Part shown: piece after piece, positions 11,220 to 26,010 of the stretch
Layout of the letters: each line of letters begins with the position of its first letter
How positions within the stretch are numbered: position 1 is the stretch's first letter
DNA from: Schizochytrium sp. TIO01
Taxonomy: Eukaryota > Protista > Bigyra: Labyrinthulomycetes
Length of the DNA stretch: 64,000 bases
Assembly (NCBI GenBank): GCA_004764695.1
Contig: SMSO01000014.1
Location: 491,648-555,647 of the forward strand
Direction: 5' to 3'
Made by a program: the position numbers and the translations under genes
The notes under the pieces: model-generated
What the model saw: the letters and a program-made list of their open reading frames with translations, nothing else
What the model was told of the DNA's origin: nothing
The model's database searches: none

Positions 11220-14200
11220 ATGATGATGCGTAGCGGCGTTGCTAACGCTTCCCGCGACGCTCGCCGCCGTCGACGTCGTCCACCCGATGGACCTCCTTCT
11301 CCTCCTTCATCTTCTTCAGCTTCCGTTGCTCCCTCGGCTCCTCTTTCCTCTTCCTCTTCAAATCCCGCTTTACCATCTTCATCCGGAACTATCCCCGCCA
11401 CTTTCTATGCAGGCAGCGCCGGCGTCACTTCTCGCGACACCTCTGGTGCTCCTGGTCTATCATCATCGTCAGCCCGTGGCTTTGCGGACTCTGATCGCGA
11501 TGTAGAGAACCGTAGCGAGAGTCCCATTGTTGCCTTGGACCGCCATGGCGTCAACATGAGCGACGCTGCTTCGATTGCGTCCTCGAGTACCTTCGTTTCG
11601 TCATCTACATCCGGACGTAAAGGACGGAAGGCTGCCACTTTGTCCTCCTCGGGCCCTGTTTTTGCAAAGGAGGTGCTGGTGATGGTGGATTCTTTCGAGG
11701 CAAGCGAGGCTGCCTGCAGAGCTCTCGTGCAGATCAGATACCTTAATGAGCCGTGCACTGCTGTGGATCAGGAGAAGAACATGCGACTTCTTTCCGTTAC
11801 ACTCGCCGATGGTACTGTCATGCATCACATCGCCTCCAGAACCGCCGTTCCTATCATCGTCAAGTCCACGCGCTTCTGCTTCGTGTACAGAAGGTATCAT
11901 GTGGTCTTTGCCATTGATGCCACGAGTTCTATGTATACAGTGGCACTTCTTGGATCTTTGAGGAGACCAGAGCCAGTTTACGCTCTACCTGGAGCTCAAG
12001 TTGTGCCGATTCTCTCAGTTATGCTTCAGGCGCTTCTGCACCCAATTCCACTTATGACAAATGGAACTGTGCTACGGCCATGTATCAAGGTCTCGGTGGT
12101 TGTCAGATCCTCCATTAAAGAGGTCACGACAGGAAGCGCAACGCTCGTGTCAGCTGCTCTTCTGACAGCGGATTCCATTCCAGACATCATGGCTAAGACA
12201 AGACGCGGTTTGCAGATGCTTACGAGGCCAGTGATTGCGAATAGTCCAAATGGAAATGGCAATATTGCAATTAACGCTGGCATAGGAGGCAATATGGGAA
12301 ATGAGCCGAGACGACATTTACGAACGAGCTCGAGTACATCTTCGGTATCAATTTCATCAGGTGTGCAACCTACATCGAGGCCGCGTGTACATGGTTCACT
12401 GGATTCAGTGGATACAATGGAGTCCCTTGGCCCTGTGAGCTACAGAGATGCACTGGAGGCAGGCCCAGGAGGTTTCGAGAGTCCGATAGCGTCTGGATTC
12501 TCCAGAAGACATGGCATAGACCGTATGCACGCCATGCCATCGTTATCTCTCACGAATGCATCCTCATCGCATGCGAACCTTGAGTCAAAACGGGATCCAT
12601 TCGATGTATCGGACGATGAGTATGACGATGGTGAGCCTCCGAAACAGGTTTCGCTCCTTGAATTCTTAGCTGACGCAATTGCTGCAGTCCAACTCCTTGA
12701 ACCAACTGCATGTCCGTGCGTTGTAGTTGTTTCTGATGGTGCCCTTCCTTCACGACAAACTCTTCACGACGAGTCGTGCAATCCGGGCCTCGCAGAGTTA
12801 CGGCGACTGGACATTCCAGTACATTTCTCTCTCATTACGTCTGTGGAACGCATAAGCTCTGCTTTTGGTACGTTGCCAGACCTGTCAGAACTTCACTTTG
12901 TGGCAGCTCAGGCAGGTGGTGTCTGCTTAGATATGAATTTCCTCCGCTGTATCCGGGAAGAATTGGCAAATCAGCAACAAGCAGATCCGAGTGTACCCTA
13001 ACCCTCCATCCCGTGCTGCTCGGCGCGAACTTCGACGTTTGCGGCGAAAGACGAAAAGCCGCTCTGCATCCGGAATGAATGTGGTCTTTTCAGAAGGAGT
13101 TGCAGAAGAACTCTCTGTAAGTTCTGCACAAAAACTTCTTTCTACTGTCAACACTGGAAAATTTGTTGTGGCATTACTTTGTCGCTTTAATCAACTTGAT
13201 GATACCCAAACTGTCTCTCAAAGTGGAGCTTCCGGACCACGCACTGCCGCATCAGCTGCTTCCTCTCGTACCCATGGGCCTAACCCAATGACAAGTACTG
13301 CAAGCTCTTCTGGTCTTGGCCGTCGTCGCTTTTCCTTTTCTGCCAATTCTGTCAGCTCTGGACTCGGAAGGCCAACAGCGACCCATCGTGTACCCTTGCA
13401 ACACTCACAGACCCAGACAGTGCGTGGAGCAGAAGGACTTATGAGCTTATTTGATCATGATTTACCAAGTCCTGTCCTAGACCGCAATCAACAAGCGATA
13501 CATAGTGCCGGTGCAATGACAGTCAACCCTATGCTGGCGTCTTCATCGAATGGAGCAACTTCGACGAGCGATTACAACGATAAACCTGCAGCTTCGCGCT
13601 TGGTACACCAGGTATCAAGCTCAGCTAGCACGCCACCACCCGAACCTGTGCCTCTAGGTAAAGGCCCTTTCAAGGATAGCGCAGCCTTGAGGGCGCAGAC
13701 TGACTCCCCTGAAACTATTGCTGCTAGTACGGACGGACACCAATCCACTGTCACTGCAGATTCTAATCAAATTGGAGCACATACAAGTAGTTTAGGACCA
13801 AGTGGTGTGCTGGGGCCCACTTTGGGCGAGCAGCGCCGGGACTCCTCTATCATGAATGTAACATTGGTTCCATTTTTTTCCAGTGAAACTTTCCAACCGG
13901 CTTTGGAGCCTCGCTCGCAACGGCTTCAAACGTCACGCGCACTCAAAGCAATCGCTCATCCTTTCCCTTGGGTTGGTAAACCACCCGCATCTCCAGTCAT
14001 TGTTCGTGAGATATTGGAGTACCGCATGACCGGTTTGCGACCTACAGAAGTATTCTCTTGTAGGTTGAAGGATGGCTTCCTCATTAAACAAGCTATTTAC
14101 GACAATCATGTGCTCTGCGTTCGTTTTGCTCTCAACTACACGCCTCATATTACGATAATTTACATTCTCAAGGTTGCGCGGGGTATGGACAACAGCCATC

Positions 14201-17200
14201 GTGTTGCTGTTGTCAATCTACGATTAGTTGCAAGCGATTGCTTTCACAAACGCTTTTCCGAATTGCGCAACCGCTTAGAAGGCGCCCTTACTGAAGTAGA
14301 TCGCCAATATGCATCTGATTCACTCGAGCTTCGCCTACATCACTTTGTGAACTCATTGATTGAAGGAGATCGGGCCCTTGTATATATTGCTGCATCTCTT
14401 CGGGACCCTAAGCAGGGCTCCCGGGCGCTTCTAGAGTCTTTCGCGCTTGAGCCGTTGAGCCGTTGGCATCGCTGGTTTCATGTCAACTCCTTTGACATCC
14501 TTCTCACCCCACCCTGTGTTATGTCCTATATTGTTGAAAATGTATTGATGAAATGGGCGACGTTTATTATTCGTTCTCCTTCACAAGAGGGCGGAATTGT
14601 GCATATGTCTAAGATAGTTCCTCCCGATTCTTTATCACCCGAAGGTATGCAGCAGAATGGACATGTGGAAAAGCTAGCCCCGACTGCGCAGCCTTATGTC
14701 ATTTTGTGTAGATTTGTACCTCTATCTGACTTTCTTGCCTCGGTGCATGTGGCGTTTCCCATGGCGACGTCTTGGCAACTTCGACAAGACCTTTTAGCAG
14801 AGCTCGTCCGATCATTCGATCAGGCCATGCCTGGGCATATTCGGCACTCGCGACAGGGTCATCGTTCCTTTGCTGAACTTTGCCGTGTTGCAGTCCCACC
14901 TGTTCCAACGCAATCAGCTCAGCGTGGTCTTATTCTCAGTACCACACGCATGCTTCTATCTAATTTTCTACTCATTCAGCCTCGGGCTTGGCCTGTACCA
15001 AACTTAGCTACCACTCACCACGTAGCACGAGCATTGTTTCGGGCACGCATGCGAGAGGGTTTTGCTGTCACTTCATGTTCCTTTCCTTTGTCACGTTCAG
15101 AAAAGGGTCAGTTGGATATAACCCACGATACTGCTTCAGCCTCGCTTGAACAAAATGGTTATGTGAGCTTTTGCAAATCTATTCCTGTGTTTGATCCTCA
15201 GGAATCGCGAGGAGTCAGGGAAACCTGCCTGCTGCAATATCGTATCCTCTTCAACAGCGGCTTCCAGATTCGAACTGAGGTGATTCTGGAGAACACGAAT
15301 GTGATGTTTAAACCTCAAGATGGCCCAGTTATGCATGCTGAAGAACTTCAACTTAGTTTGCGTGACCACTTTGATCAGGTTGATTCCTTTTTTGTTTCTA
15401 CCTCAATTGCGTTCGTAGCTATTAAAGAGTGCACTTCTGCGGATATCCCCACATTCCAAGGCAAGCTTTTAGCTAAAACAGAAAGTGGGTCAAACGAGAA
15501 TCCACAGAATCTACACGATGTTGATATATGGAATCTTCAATGCGTTGAAGTTCAGGACGGCGTGCAATCACTACTGCAATTTTCTCCGCCGTCAATAGAG
15601 TCCTTTGAGGTTTTTCGTGCTAAAAATAGGACAATTGCTAATGAGGAGTATTTTAACCTGATGGTTGCATCCCTTGCTGCTATCTCTGACGTGAGACTGT
15701 TGGATGCAGCACACATTCAAGATCGTAGCAACTTGTCGGGCCCGACTCAGAAGAACCTGTATTTTGCCAAGGTTCTCAGTCCTGAGCGCATTTTGGTTGT
15801 ATCAGTACCAGCGTTGATGTCTCAGGCGTTTGAAAAGGGACCAACACCTGCCGAGGTGGCGAGAAACCCCATTTATGCGCACCAGTCCCCTCGCTCTCAT
15901 TCGCCAACAGAAGCAAAGGAGGACGATGGGTGGGAGAAACGCGCCTTTGAAATGTCCTTTTATGAGGTTAATTACCGCAATCTTTTCTACCCTGGTGAGC
16001 TCGTTCGCGAGGAACTTAAAACTAACCTCAACTATCGGGCTCCTGTAAAAGGCTCCAGCGTCGATCTAGGAATTGAAGAAGTTGCATCCTCTGCTCTCGA
16101 CTCGGCAGAAGCGAAAAGTTTCCTTAAGCAAGTTCGTGAAGCTCACTTTTATAACATGGTTCTCACTATTCATCGTATATTTGGCGCTCGGGATATTACT
16201 GAAGAGGAACGACCTGAAGTTCTACACACTGGTGACATTGAGACGATTCTTCGCAAGTGTCGCTTTACTACGGGTTCTGTGAATGCTTCATTGTTACGCG
16301 CTATCCTTTCTGCAACCTTGCGACAAGTTGTACCAGTGCAAGCTTCCGACGTGATGCTCCCCGACGGCGCTCCACCGTCTCCAGAGCAAACCTTGAGCGA
16401 GGTAGATGCTCGTTTTGATTCTATTCTCAACGAGTTTTTTGAGCCCATTAGCAATACGTCATTTTACATTTTAGAGCCTGAGAAAGCTGCTATCCTTCTT
16501 GCATCTGATGACGTTGATCATGGAGAGGATGAAGATGAGGAAGAAAACCCTGATAGAGATGGTCGACAGCAAGCGCAGCAACAGCAAAACCACCAACAAC
16601 AACCACCTTTGCACCAACAAAATCAACAACAGAACCAGCAACGATCACGTGGCCTACGAGGGTTCTCATCAGAAGACGAAGGAGATCTACGAGGGTCATT
16701 GAAACCTAATACAGATAGTAGTAGTCGGGCATCAGAATCTGGCAGTGCACGCGACTTACCAAGTACTACTCTGCCAATCGCACAGGATCCTTCACTCATC
16801 CCTCCATTCTTTTTTAGGATCTGTTGTACATCTCAACCTCCCAAACCCTTGGCTTCGGCAAGTGAGCTCGATAGTGAACCCAAGAATATCATGGAGCAAG
16901 CTGATTCAGCCCCCACTGAATATACATTCGAGATCGAGAAGGGGCGTATTTGTGAAACTATCATGGCTACAAGCCGTTCATCTCTTGCGAGCAAGGTGCT
17001 CATAAATTTAATCTTTTGCACTTTGCCTCCACACCCGAAGCCTGTGCGCAGTGGCCAAGTAAACTCTCAGATTTATAGTCAAGATGCTCATATTGTTGCT
17101 GCGTCAGTTTGGAAGAATATTGCAGCAGAGCTTCAAAAGAAGGTCAAGAGTCGTGTACAAGCTATGGTATCTTCAGCTGTTCTTACATCCCTTCAACGTG

Positions 17201-20200
17201 TGTATCCAGTGACAGAGCGTAACGTATTGCTTGTGCAGCAACTGCTGAACCGCGGCAGCCTTCCAATCAAGGATATCACTCGACTTTCAATACCTCTTCG
17301 CTTCGTCGATACTGACATGGGTGTAAAACTCTTCGCGAAGACTCTTGGCCAAACCCCGTACCTCTCACTTCGTCGTGTTGGCACTACAGACACATACTTC
17401 GTGGTCGAGCCTCTTGTTGCAGACTCGCCTCTGCCTAAAGAGAAAACACCCTCAGATCCAACTCCTTCGAAAATAAACTTGGGCCCACCAACTAGTACTT
17501 CGAATTCCTTTTTGTTCGCGCAAACAGGCGTAAGACGCTGGTCAGCGTCAAGCCTCGGGGATGTGCAAGGAAAGGTAGGTACTAAATCGTTGAGTATTGC
17601 AGCGCCAACGACATCTCTAAGGTCTGAGTGGAATACTCGAGAGTATGTAGTACCCTACTGGGCTATTTTCACTGCCGCAGGGCCGTCTGTAACTTTGGAA
17701 TTTCATCATCCTGGGCTTCATGATGATGGGCGCGCGCAGGTTATTGTAGAGAGCCTTCGAAGAGGTATTCTACAAACCGTGGATCGTGTCAATAGGCTCA
17801 TTCTTCTACACCAACTTCATGATAGTCGCTGGGCAAGCCCACTCCTGATTAAGCCTGACCCTGCAACCCAGAACCCTAAAGAATTAGACTCTGCACGGAA
17901 TCGTGGTATCTTGGGAAGGCGAAGCCAAGACCCGCAGGCTCAGCGAAATTCTACAGGGTTTGTCAACCGGCAAAGGTTTTCTACTTCAAAGCCGGTTTAT
18001 ATAGCAGCCGCTGAAATGGATGTTTGGGATCCTCAAAACCTTCCTGATGGAACGTTTGCATGTCAGTGCTTCCATCGCGAGCGTTTCGAGGTTCCTGAGC
18101 GACTTCACATCAACGTGGCAATGAATGAAGTTCGTCAGAGTCTGAGTATGTTTTCAGTGGCAAATCACAAGAATACATATGTTTATCAATATGCTGGGAC
18201 AGGCCAAATTTTCATTCTTAAGCTTCGTCAGGAAGGGTCAGATAGCGATGTAAATTTGGGCCTTACAATGCGCCAGCGCTCTCGACGTGGCAGCACAATG
18301 GCCACTGAAGCATCCTTCACTTCTTCTGCGGCAAGTGTTGCCTCCTCAGCCTCAAACCCCAATCAGGCCATCATCTTGGAAGTTTATGGCGTTGACCTTC
18401 CTCCTGAGGTCATGTTAAAGGACTTGCGGGAGATGCTAGAATCAAAATTGTCGAACAGTACACTCTCAGCGCTAACTTTGCTACTTCGACGTTACCTTAC
18501 TTTCAAGATTCAACCGTATGACCTTTACTTTTTGCAGGGAGGTAAACACCCCGTCCCAACGCTGCGTAAGGAGCTCATCATCCCACAAAGCATAGGAGAT
18601 ATTGCCTTACTTTTATTCTTCTTCAAGCAGAACCTTTTGCGGTTCACGACAGCATGCAACTTCGCCTCTCCTCCTGACCTCACTATGTACAAGTACTCTG
18701 AAGACTCTGACATGGAGAGCATAAGTGAATCTGAGCATTCGCTTGTTCATGATGAAGACGACAACACAACATATGGGGCCATGACTCCACAACAGTCTTT
18801 TGAGCGACCAGACGTTGCTGAGCATGCTTCTTATAATAGAAGTACTATGCACCCAGCAATGTCGGGGTGGAACCATAGTGATGCTCTTAATGTCGACTCT
18901 GACGCGCCAGCCATTGTTGATGTAGAACAAATTCATCCAGTCTTTGCAGGTTTTCAAGATCTCATTGACCTGGAGCAAGTTGATCCTTCAGAAGCTGGTG
19001 CAGCAACTGAGCAGGATCCAAGCTTGAGGACTTTGGATCTTCGTACGGGGGAACTTGCATTTGTCTTCAACTCCGTGCCCCCCGAAAAGGGCCCTGCTCC
19101 ACCTACCCCTTCAGCAGTGGGCTCTGGCATGTCATCATCCAGCTTGGGCTCAAGTGGATCAAATAGTAATGTGCAATCAGGCCTGACTGCATTGCCTTTG
19201 GAGCTCTCACAAAGTGAGATTGGCTCCGGTATAGCATTTTCGCTTCTACACTTGCTGCGGAATGGAAAACAGCTTTTTTCGGTGGAAACAAGGGACGATA
19301 GCTTTTCAGCAGGCTCTCGCCTACCTTCTCCACCAACCGTTGGTCTGCCATCGCAACAAGGGACTGCACCTCTCCCTGCTGGGGGTTCTGCGCCCGACGT
19401 TTCTGTTGCAGGTAGTGCGAGCGCTGGCAGTGCTCCTGCAGCAAAGGGTTTGGTGCGATACTCTAGCCAAAGGACTGTAGATGGAGAAACTCAAACATCA
19501 GCTCTTGATGCAGGTCAACGTGATACTATTCCTCCACGAGGTGCTCAACACCATCGGCGTGGATCCTCAACATCATCATTACCACTGCCGTACACAGAAA
19601 TGACTTCAGATGTGCCGCGAGCTACAGCGCGACGCAGAGATCTCGATTTACGTCAAGTAGGACAAGGCCCGCCACCAACGTTTAGTATTGTTATCGATAT
19701 GTGGCAGAAAGGTCAAGTGATACTCGAAAAGTTGGAACAGTGTTTTGAAGCCGCCTTCCAACAGAGTTTGTCGGAGTACGAATTTGAGGTTCAGCGCCTT
19801 GAACGTCCCTTACGTCTTACTATTCCATCTGAAACTGGCGAGTCTGCAATTTCTACGGAGGACATCTTGCCATTTGCCTCGCGACATGGCGCTTCTTCTA
19901 TTGTACTAGAGCAAAAGGAACGCCCTGGCACAGCAAGCAAAAGAAATTTGAAAAAGACTCAGTCTAGAGCATTCGATAGCATCCAATTAGATCTTCGTCC
20001 AGGCATCTTTCCGTGGGAAAAACAACTTTTGCTCAATGAACTCTCTCATATGGTGGCTTTTATTCAACCCGATTTATGTCATCTTGCTTTTGTTGAAGAT
20101 GCCGCAAATTCACGCGTTAAACCTGTTGCACTCGCAAAGGGCGCTTCTTCGGTGCCTCCCGAAGCACCTGCAAGTGCAGGTGCTGCTCACCCCAGTCGTA

Positions 20201-23200
20201 ATGTACGTAGTAGTGACATTCTGCCACAGCACGATGAGGCTGCGTCCCCCGACTCTGAACCCGGAAATGTGTCTCGTTACAAATCCTCTGAAAAGCAGAA
20301 CGAAGCTACGCATGCTTTTAGAAACATGTATGACCGCAATGCCGCAAAGAAGGATAAGGCTGTTGATTTTGTTGCTTCTCAGGAGCGATTCTTTCTGCTT
20401 GCGGCAGATCATTTTAATATTGAGGTTCTAGATGAACAGAACCGTTTGCAAGGAAAACCAGAGCTTGACTCTGTCGCACTACCACCTTGTGGAAGCAACG
20501 AGGACCAAATACACATTCTAGGATTAGCGCAAAGCTCACTTGAGACCTGCGTGCGCGGTGGCAATTTCTTAGTGGGCGACCCCCGAACAGGCAATGAGGT
20601 TCAGATACGAGGCGCAAGTAGTGGATTTGTCCGCAATGAAGGACTTTATTGGCAGCATGGAACATTCCGTCGAGATACTGGTTCCAGTGGAAAAGTAACA
20701 GGTGGTTCTCACCAGCCATTAAGCTCTCGCTCTGGCTCATCCGTAAGCGCCCAAACAGACTTGAGTTCAGTGTCTGCTACAACAGGTACGAACTCATACA
20801 TGACAAACACCAACAACTCTACTAATAACCCGGGTTTGCCAAGTTCATCTTCAACTGGTGATCTTTCTGTGGTCGGTAGCTCCTCCTCAGAAGATCAGTC
20901 AAAGTGGATGAAGAAAAGAAGCTGTTGCATCTCTGTGGTCGTATCGAATGAGTCTGTTCGCATCCATTTTTACAATTGGAACCCGTCTTATCGTGCTCGT
21001 CTTGAACGCGGCCTCACATTCCTTGTATCATGGGTATCCGTGCGTGGAAATTTATTGCGTAGTATTTTTCATCAACGCATGGGACTTTTCTCGCATGCTG
21101 TCCTTCCTGCATCGCTTGTACGCTATCTGATTGATGTAGATCGAGCTTTGCGTACGCGCGACTTGGAGAAAGTTGGTACAGAAACCAACACAATCCCAGA
21201 AGCAGGCCACGTGAGCCTGTCCGTCACCGAACTTAATGTTCTGTTAAGGAATAAAGTGCCTCCTTCTATTGTGCTCAAACCTCTCATTCGCGAAGCGGAT
21301 AATCGCCTTAAAAGTAAAAGTACGCCCGATGGCTCACTTTTACCTATGAAATCAGGTCGTGGTCAACATATGAGTTTGTCTGCCATGAATGCTGTCCGTG
21401 TAAGCCGCAATGCGATGCAGTCCAGACGTCGAGCATCCAACCTATCCACTACAAAATTTATGCACGCTATGCTCGGTAGTAAGCCGCCCGGGCCGTTGAG
21501 CTCTGCGGCTAGTACGGTGGGTTCAATAAGCGGAGCGACTGCACCAACCTTAGATTCTAACTCAATTCGGTCAGTTAGCCCCTCGGTGTGTGTTGAGACA
21601 CCACTTACAAAGTTAACTGCTTCTGATACCTACGGTTCATCAAAGTTTTTGCGTCTTCCTCGAGGCACGCGCCTTCGAACCTCCTTTGAAGTGCAACTAC
21701 GAGGTACGGCTCCCGGCCATGCCCTTGAATCTTCTATGCAATCTTCAGAAGACCAAGTAGAGCGCTTAGGAGAACAACTTCTCGACAATGCGCACGAGCG
21801 TGCAATGGAGCGCCAACGTAAAACTATGATTAAGTCTCTTGTCGGGCGGTGGCGTCAGCAATGGATTGGCCAGGCTTCATTAGCAAGTTCTCGATTTCCG
21901 TTTTCTGGTCTTGAAGACGGATTTCAAGATGAAGAAGACGCCATTGAATATTGTCTCGCATCACCTGCTGAAGTTAGCTTGCTTTTGGATGTGTCGCGTG
22001 TACTACATACCGTCCGTACTCCAATCTATTTTTCGGAACACCCTCACACACGCACACAAGCTGTTGCAGAATTTGCCCGAGTCGCAGTCGAGGATATGGT
22101 CCATGTTTATGTCCATTACCTTGTTCATCAACTGGGAATGCGGCATGTTGTTATGTCAGAATCTCTCAATGCCCATGGGGCATCACAGAGAAGCATGCAA
22201 GGCGGTCATTTCTCTGCAGGATCAAGTGAGGCCTATGCACAACGCCAGCTTAATGGTGCTGTAGTTATCATCCAGGTGCACGTATACAATGGCGTTTTCA
22301 AGGTGCTAATGCGCTTGATCGAGCCTGACCTCCACGATGAGGCCGACATTGCTGGTGTTTCCACAACGACTCCAGATGATTTGTTCATGATTAATACTTC
22401 AGCCTCAGCACGGTCACGAGGGCCGTATTTTACACAAGAGCTTGGTCGAATCCGTTCAGCTTTAGGAGTGCGATGGGTTATTTATGACTTCCAAATTTAC
22501 CTCTTCAAGCGAACTCTACAGCGGATTTCTGAGCGACCTGTGGGCGTCGCGTGTCAAGTGTTTGCATTTGCCAGACAATTTCCGAACCCACCAATGGGAG
22601 CCCAGTCGGCACTCATGCACCATGAATTCCAGTTTCTCCTTGGTGTGCCATTAGCAAAGGCAGACGTTCGGGATGTGTTTCAGTATGTCGTGCGAAAGGC
22701 CGATCGCTATGGCATGGTAGGTATTCGACCTTCCAAACCAGGTGGCAACAAAACATATTTGTATTTGACTTCTGATGACGGTACATTCACAAACCCATTT
22801 CACAAGAGAAAAACAGGATTCACGTATGCAGTGCTGATTGCTGTGAAGGAAGATGACGAGGATGATACTGCATCCAGACCAGACACTCTTACACCCGATC
22901 TTCATACTAGTGGTCGTAATGGAACTGATGGCAGTATCAACCTTGATAATGTTAGCAATCAGACTGTGTCGATCTCTTTTGAGGTTTGTTTGATTGCTAG
23001 CAATGACGACGAGATGCGCCGAATTCTAGAAACTGAAGAGACTGGTCCTGATGTTCGGCGGGCAAGTATCGAGTCCGGTTTGCATGGGGGCCGCGAAAGG
23101 GCAACAAGCCCAACTGTTGGAAGCGTTGGGAGCACTGAAGACGATGAAGTGGACGATGACGATGATGACGATGATGAGGATGATTTTGAAAAGCTCCGGG

Positions 23201-24039
23201 CAGAGCAAACTGGAGATTCCAGCATGGACTTTGGTGACAACGATAGCGAGCACCACTTTGACCCTTTCAGCTCCTTTACATTTTCTAGAAAGGGCTCAAT
23301 TGCTACACAGGACGAAGACAACGGAGATGATAAAGGCAAAACTAATGTTGTCTGTGGAATGGAAGAAGCTTTGGACAACATGGATGTTTTTCTACACAAG
23401 GTGTTCTCTCATGCTGTTTTGCGGTTTCGACGCAAGTTATTGTGGAAACGGTTGCGTATGACCCCGCGTCAATGCGCGGAGCCACGTCAAAATACAGAGT
23501 CTAGTTCACAACCAACCAGTAGTTCGGAGATCGTTGCAACAAATCCACACAATCCTTCTACTGCTACCCCTACACGTACGTCTACTTCATCGGACAGTAC
23601 GCAACAGGTACAGGCAAACCTCCCACCACGGTCAGGCGAGGAACCCGTGGTCACTCGACGTGTCAATGTCAACATTGAAGATCTCGAAAAATTATCCTTC
23701 AGTTGTGCATTGAGCGACGTTGATGAAGACATTGCAGAAATGCTTCCAGAGATCCCCAGCTCCAATCTGATAGAGTTTCTATCTTTCGCACATGGACCGC
23801 TGGCTCTTCGTGGGGAGGGCGATCATTTAAAGACAGACATCGTCCTCTTGCCACCGCCGCAGCTGGATTTTATTTTTGTTGTTCACGTTACAGTACCAGC
23901 TTTTGGGCCGCCAATCTATCGACTCCGATTCCCGAAACCTATTGTCTCTCAACATCGACTTGAGGATGCACAAATATTCCTGACCACTGTCATGCAAACA
24001 TTACTGGCTAAACTATGGGATGGAATCCTCGCTTTCTAA
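11220..24039 (+). CDS. SZT2: SZT2-like KICSTOR scaffold protein (~4270 aa) split into two overlapping ORFs by a +1 frame break at 12996-13001
   Basis: ORF1 has FVYRRYHVVFAIDATSSM and CVVVVSDG...LRRLDIPVHF...AFGTLPDLSELHFVAAQAGG. ORF2 has repeated R(L/M)(K/R)(D/E)GF, WHRWFH, VDRVNRLILLHQLHDSR..SPLL and FYNW...IFHQRMGLF. These are all SZT2-type motifs, and the size fits. Confidence 0.85.
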
Positions 24040-24590
24040 TATTCTAAATGCTGAAAATTTGCTATGATTCGTGTTGTATATCAATCAGCGTCTCTAAAGG
24101 AACTTTTATTTGTTTACTTTGATCACGTGGGATAGTGAAGGACTCTTTTATCATCTTGAAACAAATTTGAATTCAAAGAAAGATTCGAAGTAACATTATT
24201 TACCACATATTTTTTGAAATTCTCGATAATGTTTGAAGACTTTGCATAATAAAAGTCTAGAAGGACCTATTAACACTGATGGGCATAATATTAAATCGCA
24301 TCCTATAAATATATATAGTCCATTTATGTAGTTAACACAACTCATAGTGGCTCCTCGTGCAGAACAGAGTATCTGAATAATCTAGCCTCAGCGCATTCGT
24401 TTCTCAGGAACGAAGTGGATTTGGAGTGTATTCTACAAGTTAGTTTGATTATTATATTATTAAAAAGAAAAAGCAAAAACAAAAAAGAAAGAAGTCTCTT
24501 TTGTTTTGTATCGGGGAGTGGTGTTATCAAAATTGCAAGTGAGGCAAAGTGAGCGTGTACAAATACTTTGAGAGGGCATGGAGTTCAATT

Positions 24591-25644
24591 CTATGTATAA
24601 TGCGGTCGCTCTCCAGTTTCCACACGACACAATGGGCATGAGTTTTTCAATCTAAACCAGGCAAATGCACAAGACTTGTGAAAGATGTGAAAGTGACTGC
24701 ACTCAAGCACTACAACAACATCAGTTGGTTGAAAAGTCATCAAGCAAATCGTGCAGTCATGTTGGCGCTCATCGCCAAGAGCTGTTTCACTAAATTGCAT
24801 GGACCGAAGGTTCCGCAACACATTTGGAGGCGCACCTGAAGGCAAGCTCACAACATTGATGAAAGCAAACACACTCATGGTTACTACAAACTTTGTAAGC
24901 ATAGGAAACATGAGCATCATCCAAAGGTTTGCAGGGGTCTCCTGATCTGGATTATTTGGGGCTCCACATGCGTTTGGAGAAAACTTCTCGCCAAGCGCGA
25001 TTAATAGGAAAAATCCAAGACAGCACACAATGTACTGTAATCTGTTGAGGTTCCAATTAAAATTCCATAGAGAGTGTTCTTGAATAAATGCGAAGCGTTC
25101 CACTAAAGAAGTCGCCGAATCTCTATCCAACAATACCTGTAGACCCCAGGCCGCAAAAATGACTGTAAGTATAACATGAAGAAGTTGCGTCATGGTTGTG
25201 AGGAAGAGCAGACCCCAGTGAAGGGTGAAGAGGACATCAAATGTGCAGCCCTCGTGTATTGGATCTACAAGACTTGGCGGAGGGTTTAGTCTTAGCACTT
25301 GAATACATTTTGGTACAACCATGCCCATGAAGGTAGTCCACGAGCATGCCATGATAAAAATCAAAAGAATTCCCAAGTGGTAATCATGTCTACCTCACAC
25401 CAACAAATGTACATACGTGCTCAACATAACCATTCCAATTCATCACATGTTAACACGACATTCTCACTCACTCAGTTAGTCAATGCCGTCTTCACCTGGG
25501 CTCCTTGCTCTCCGAGTTGGTTCTGCTTGGTTGTTGTCACACTATACACGGTCAACTAGGGAGGATCGAACCGATTCTGATATCCTGGGCTCGGACGTAC
25601 CTGAGTAGTGCTGACACCGACCATGGTTGGTCTCCAGCCTCCAT
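24591..25644 (-). CDS. Multi-pass membrane RING-H2 E3 ubiquitin ligase; probable intron 25390..25600
   Basis: C-terminal CTICL...LECSHFHIFHKSC..WF...SCPLCR plus several hydrophobic segments. A GTACGT donor and TAG acceptor join MEAGDQPWSVSALLR to HDYHLGILL in frame. Confidence 0.8.
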
Positions 25645-25975
25645 CTTGATCTTATAGCAGGCTTGGGCCTCGGACCTGCCCCAGCCAGCCGGCAGTCAAC
25701 TCCGCCGCTGCTGAGTTGCAGCTGGACGGACTTGGTTCTGGAGAAATGAGACGACTCGTTGATTTTATAGTAAGGCTATTTTTTTTCTTTTGTTCTTTTA
25801 TAGGTAGATAGGTAGATGTAGGTTGGTACCTTTCTACCTACTTCAAAAGGTAGTATTAGTAAGAGGTCTCCCTCATGATGAATGTATTTGCTTGATCATG
25901 ACTTGTGAGCAATTGGCAGTAGGTACGAAACCTGTGCAGGTTCGTTCTGGTCACATCGCGATTAAGTCTTTTTCC

Positions 25976-26009
<34 letters not shown>

Positions 26010-26010
26010 G
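25976..26010. repeat. (GTT)n microsatellite
   Basis: About 12 perfect units. Confidence 0.95.

Noticed and set aside
12996-13005. CCCTAACCCT resembling a telomeric repeat at the SZT2 break
   Set aside because: Under two units long, which is expected by chance.
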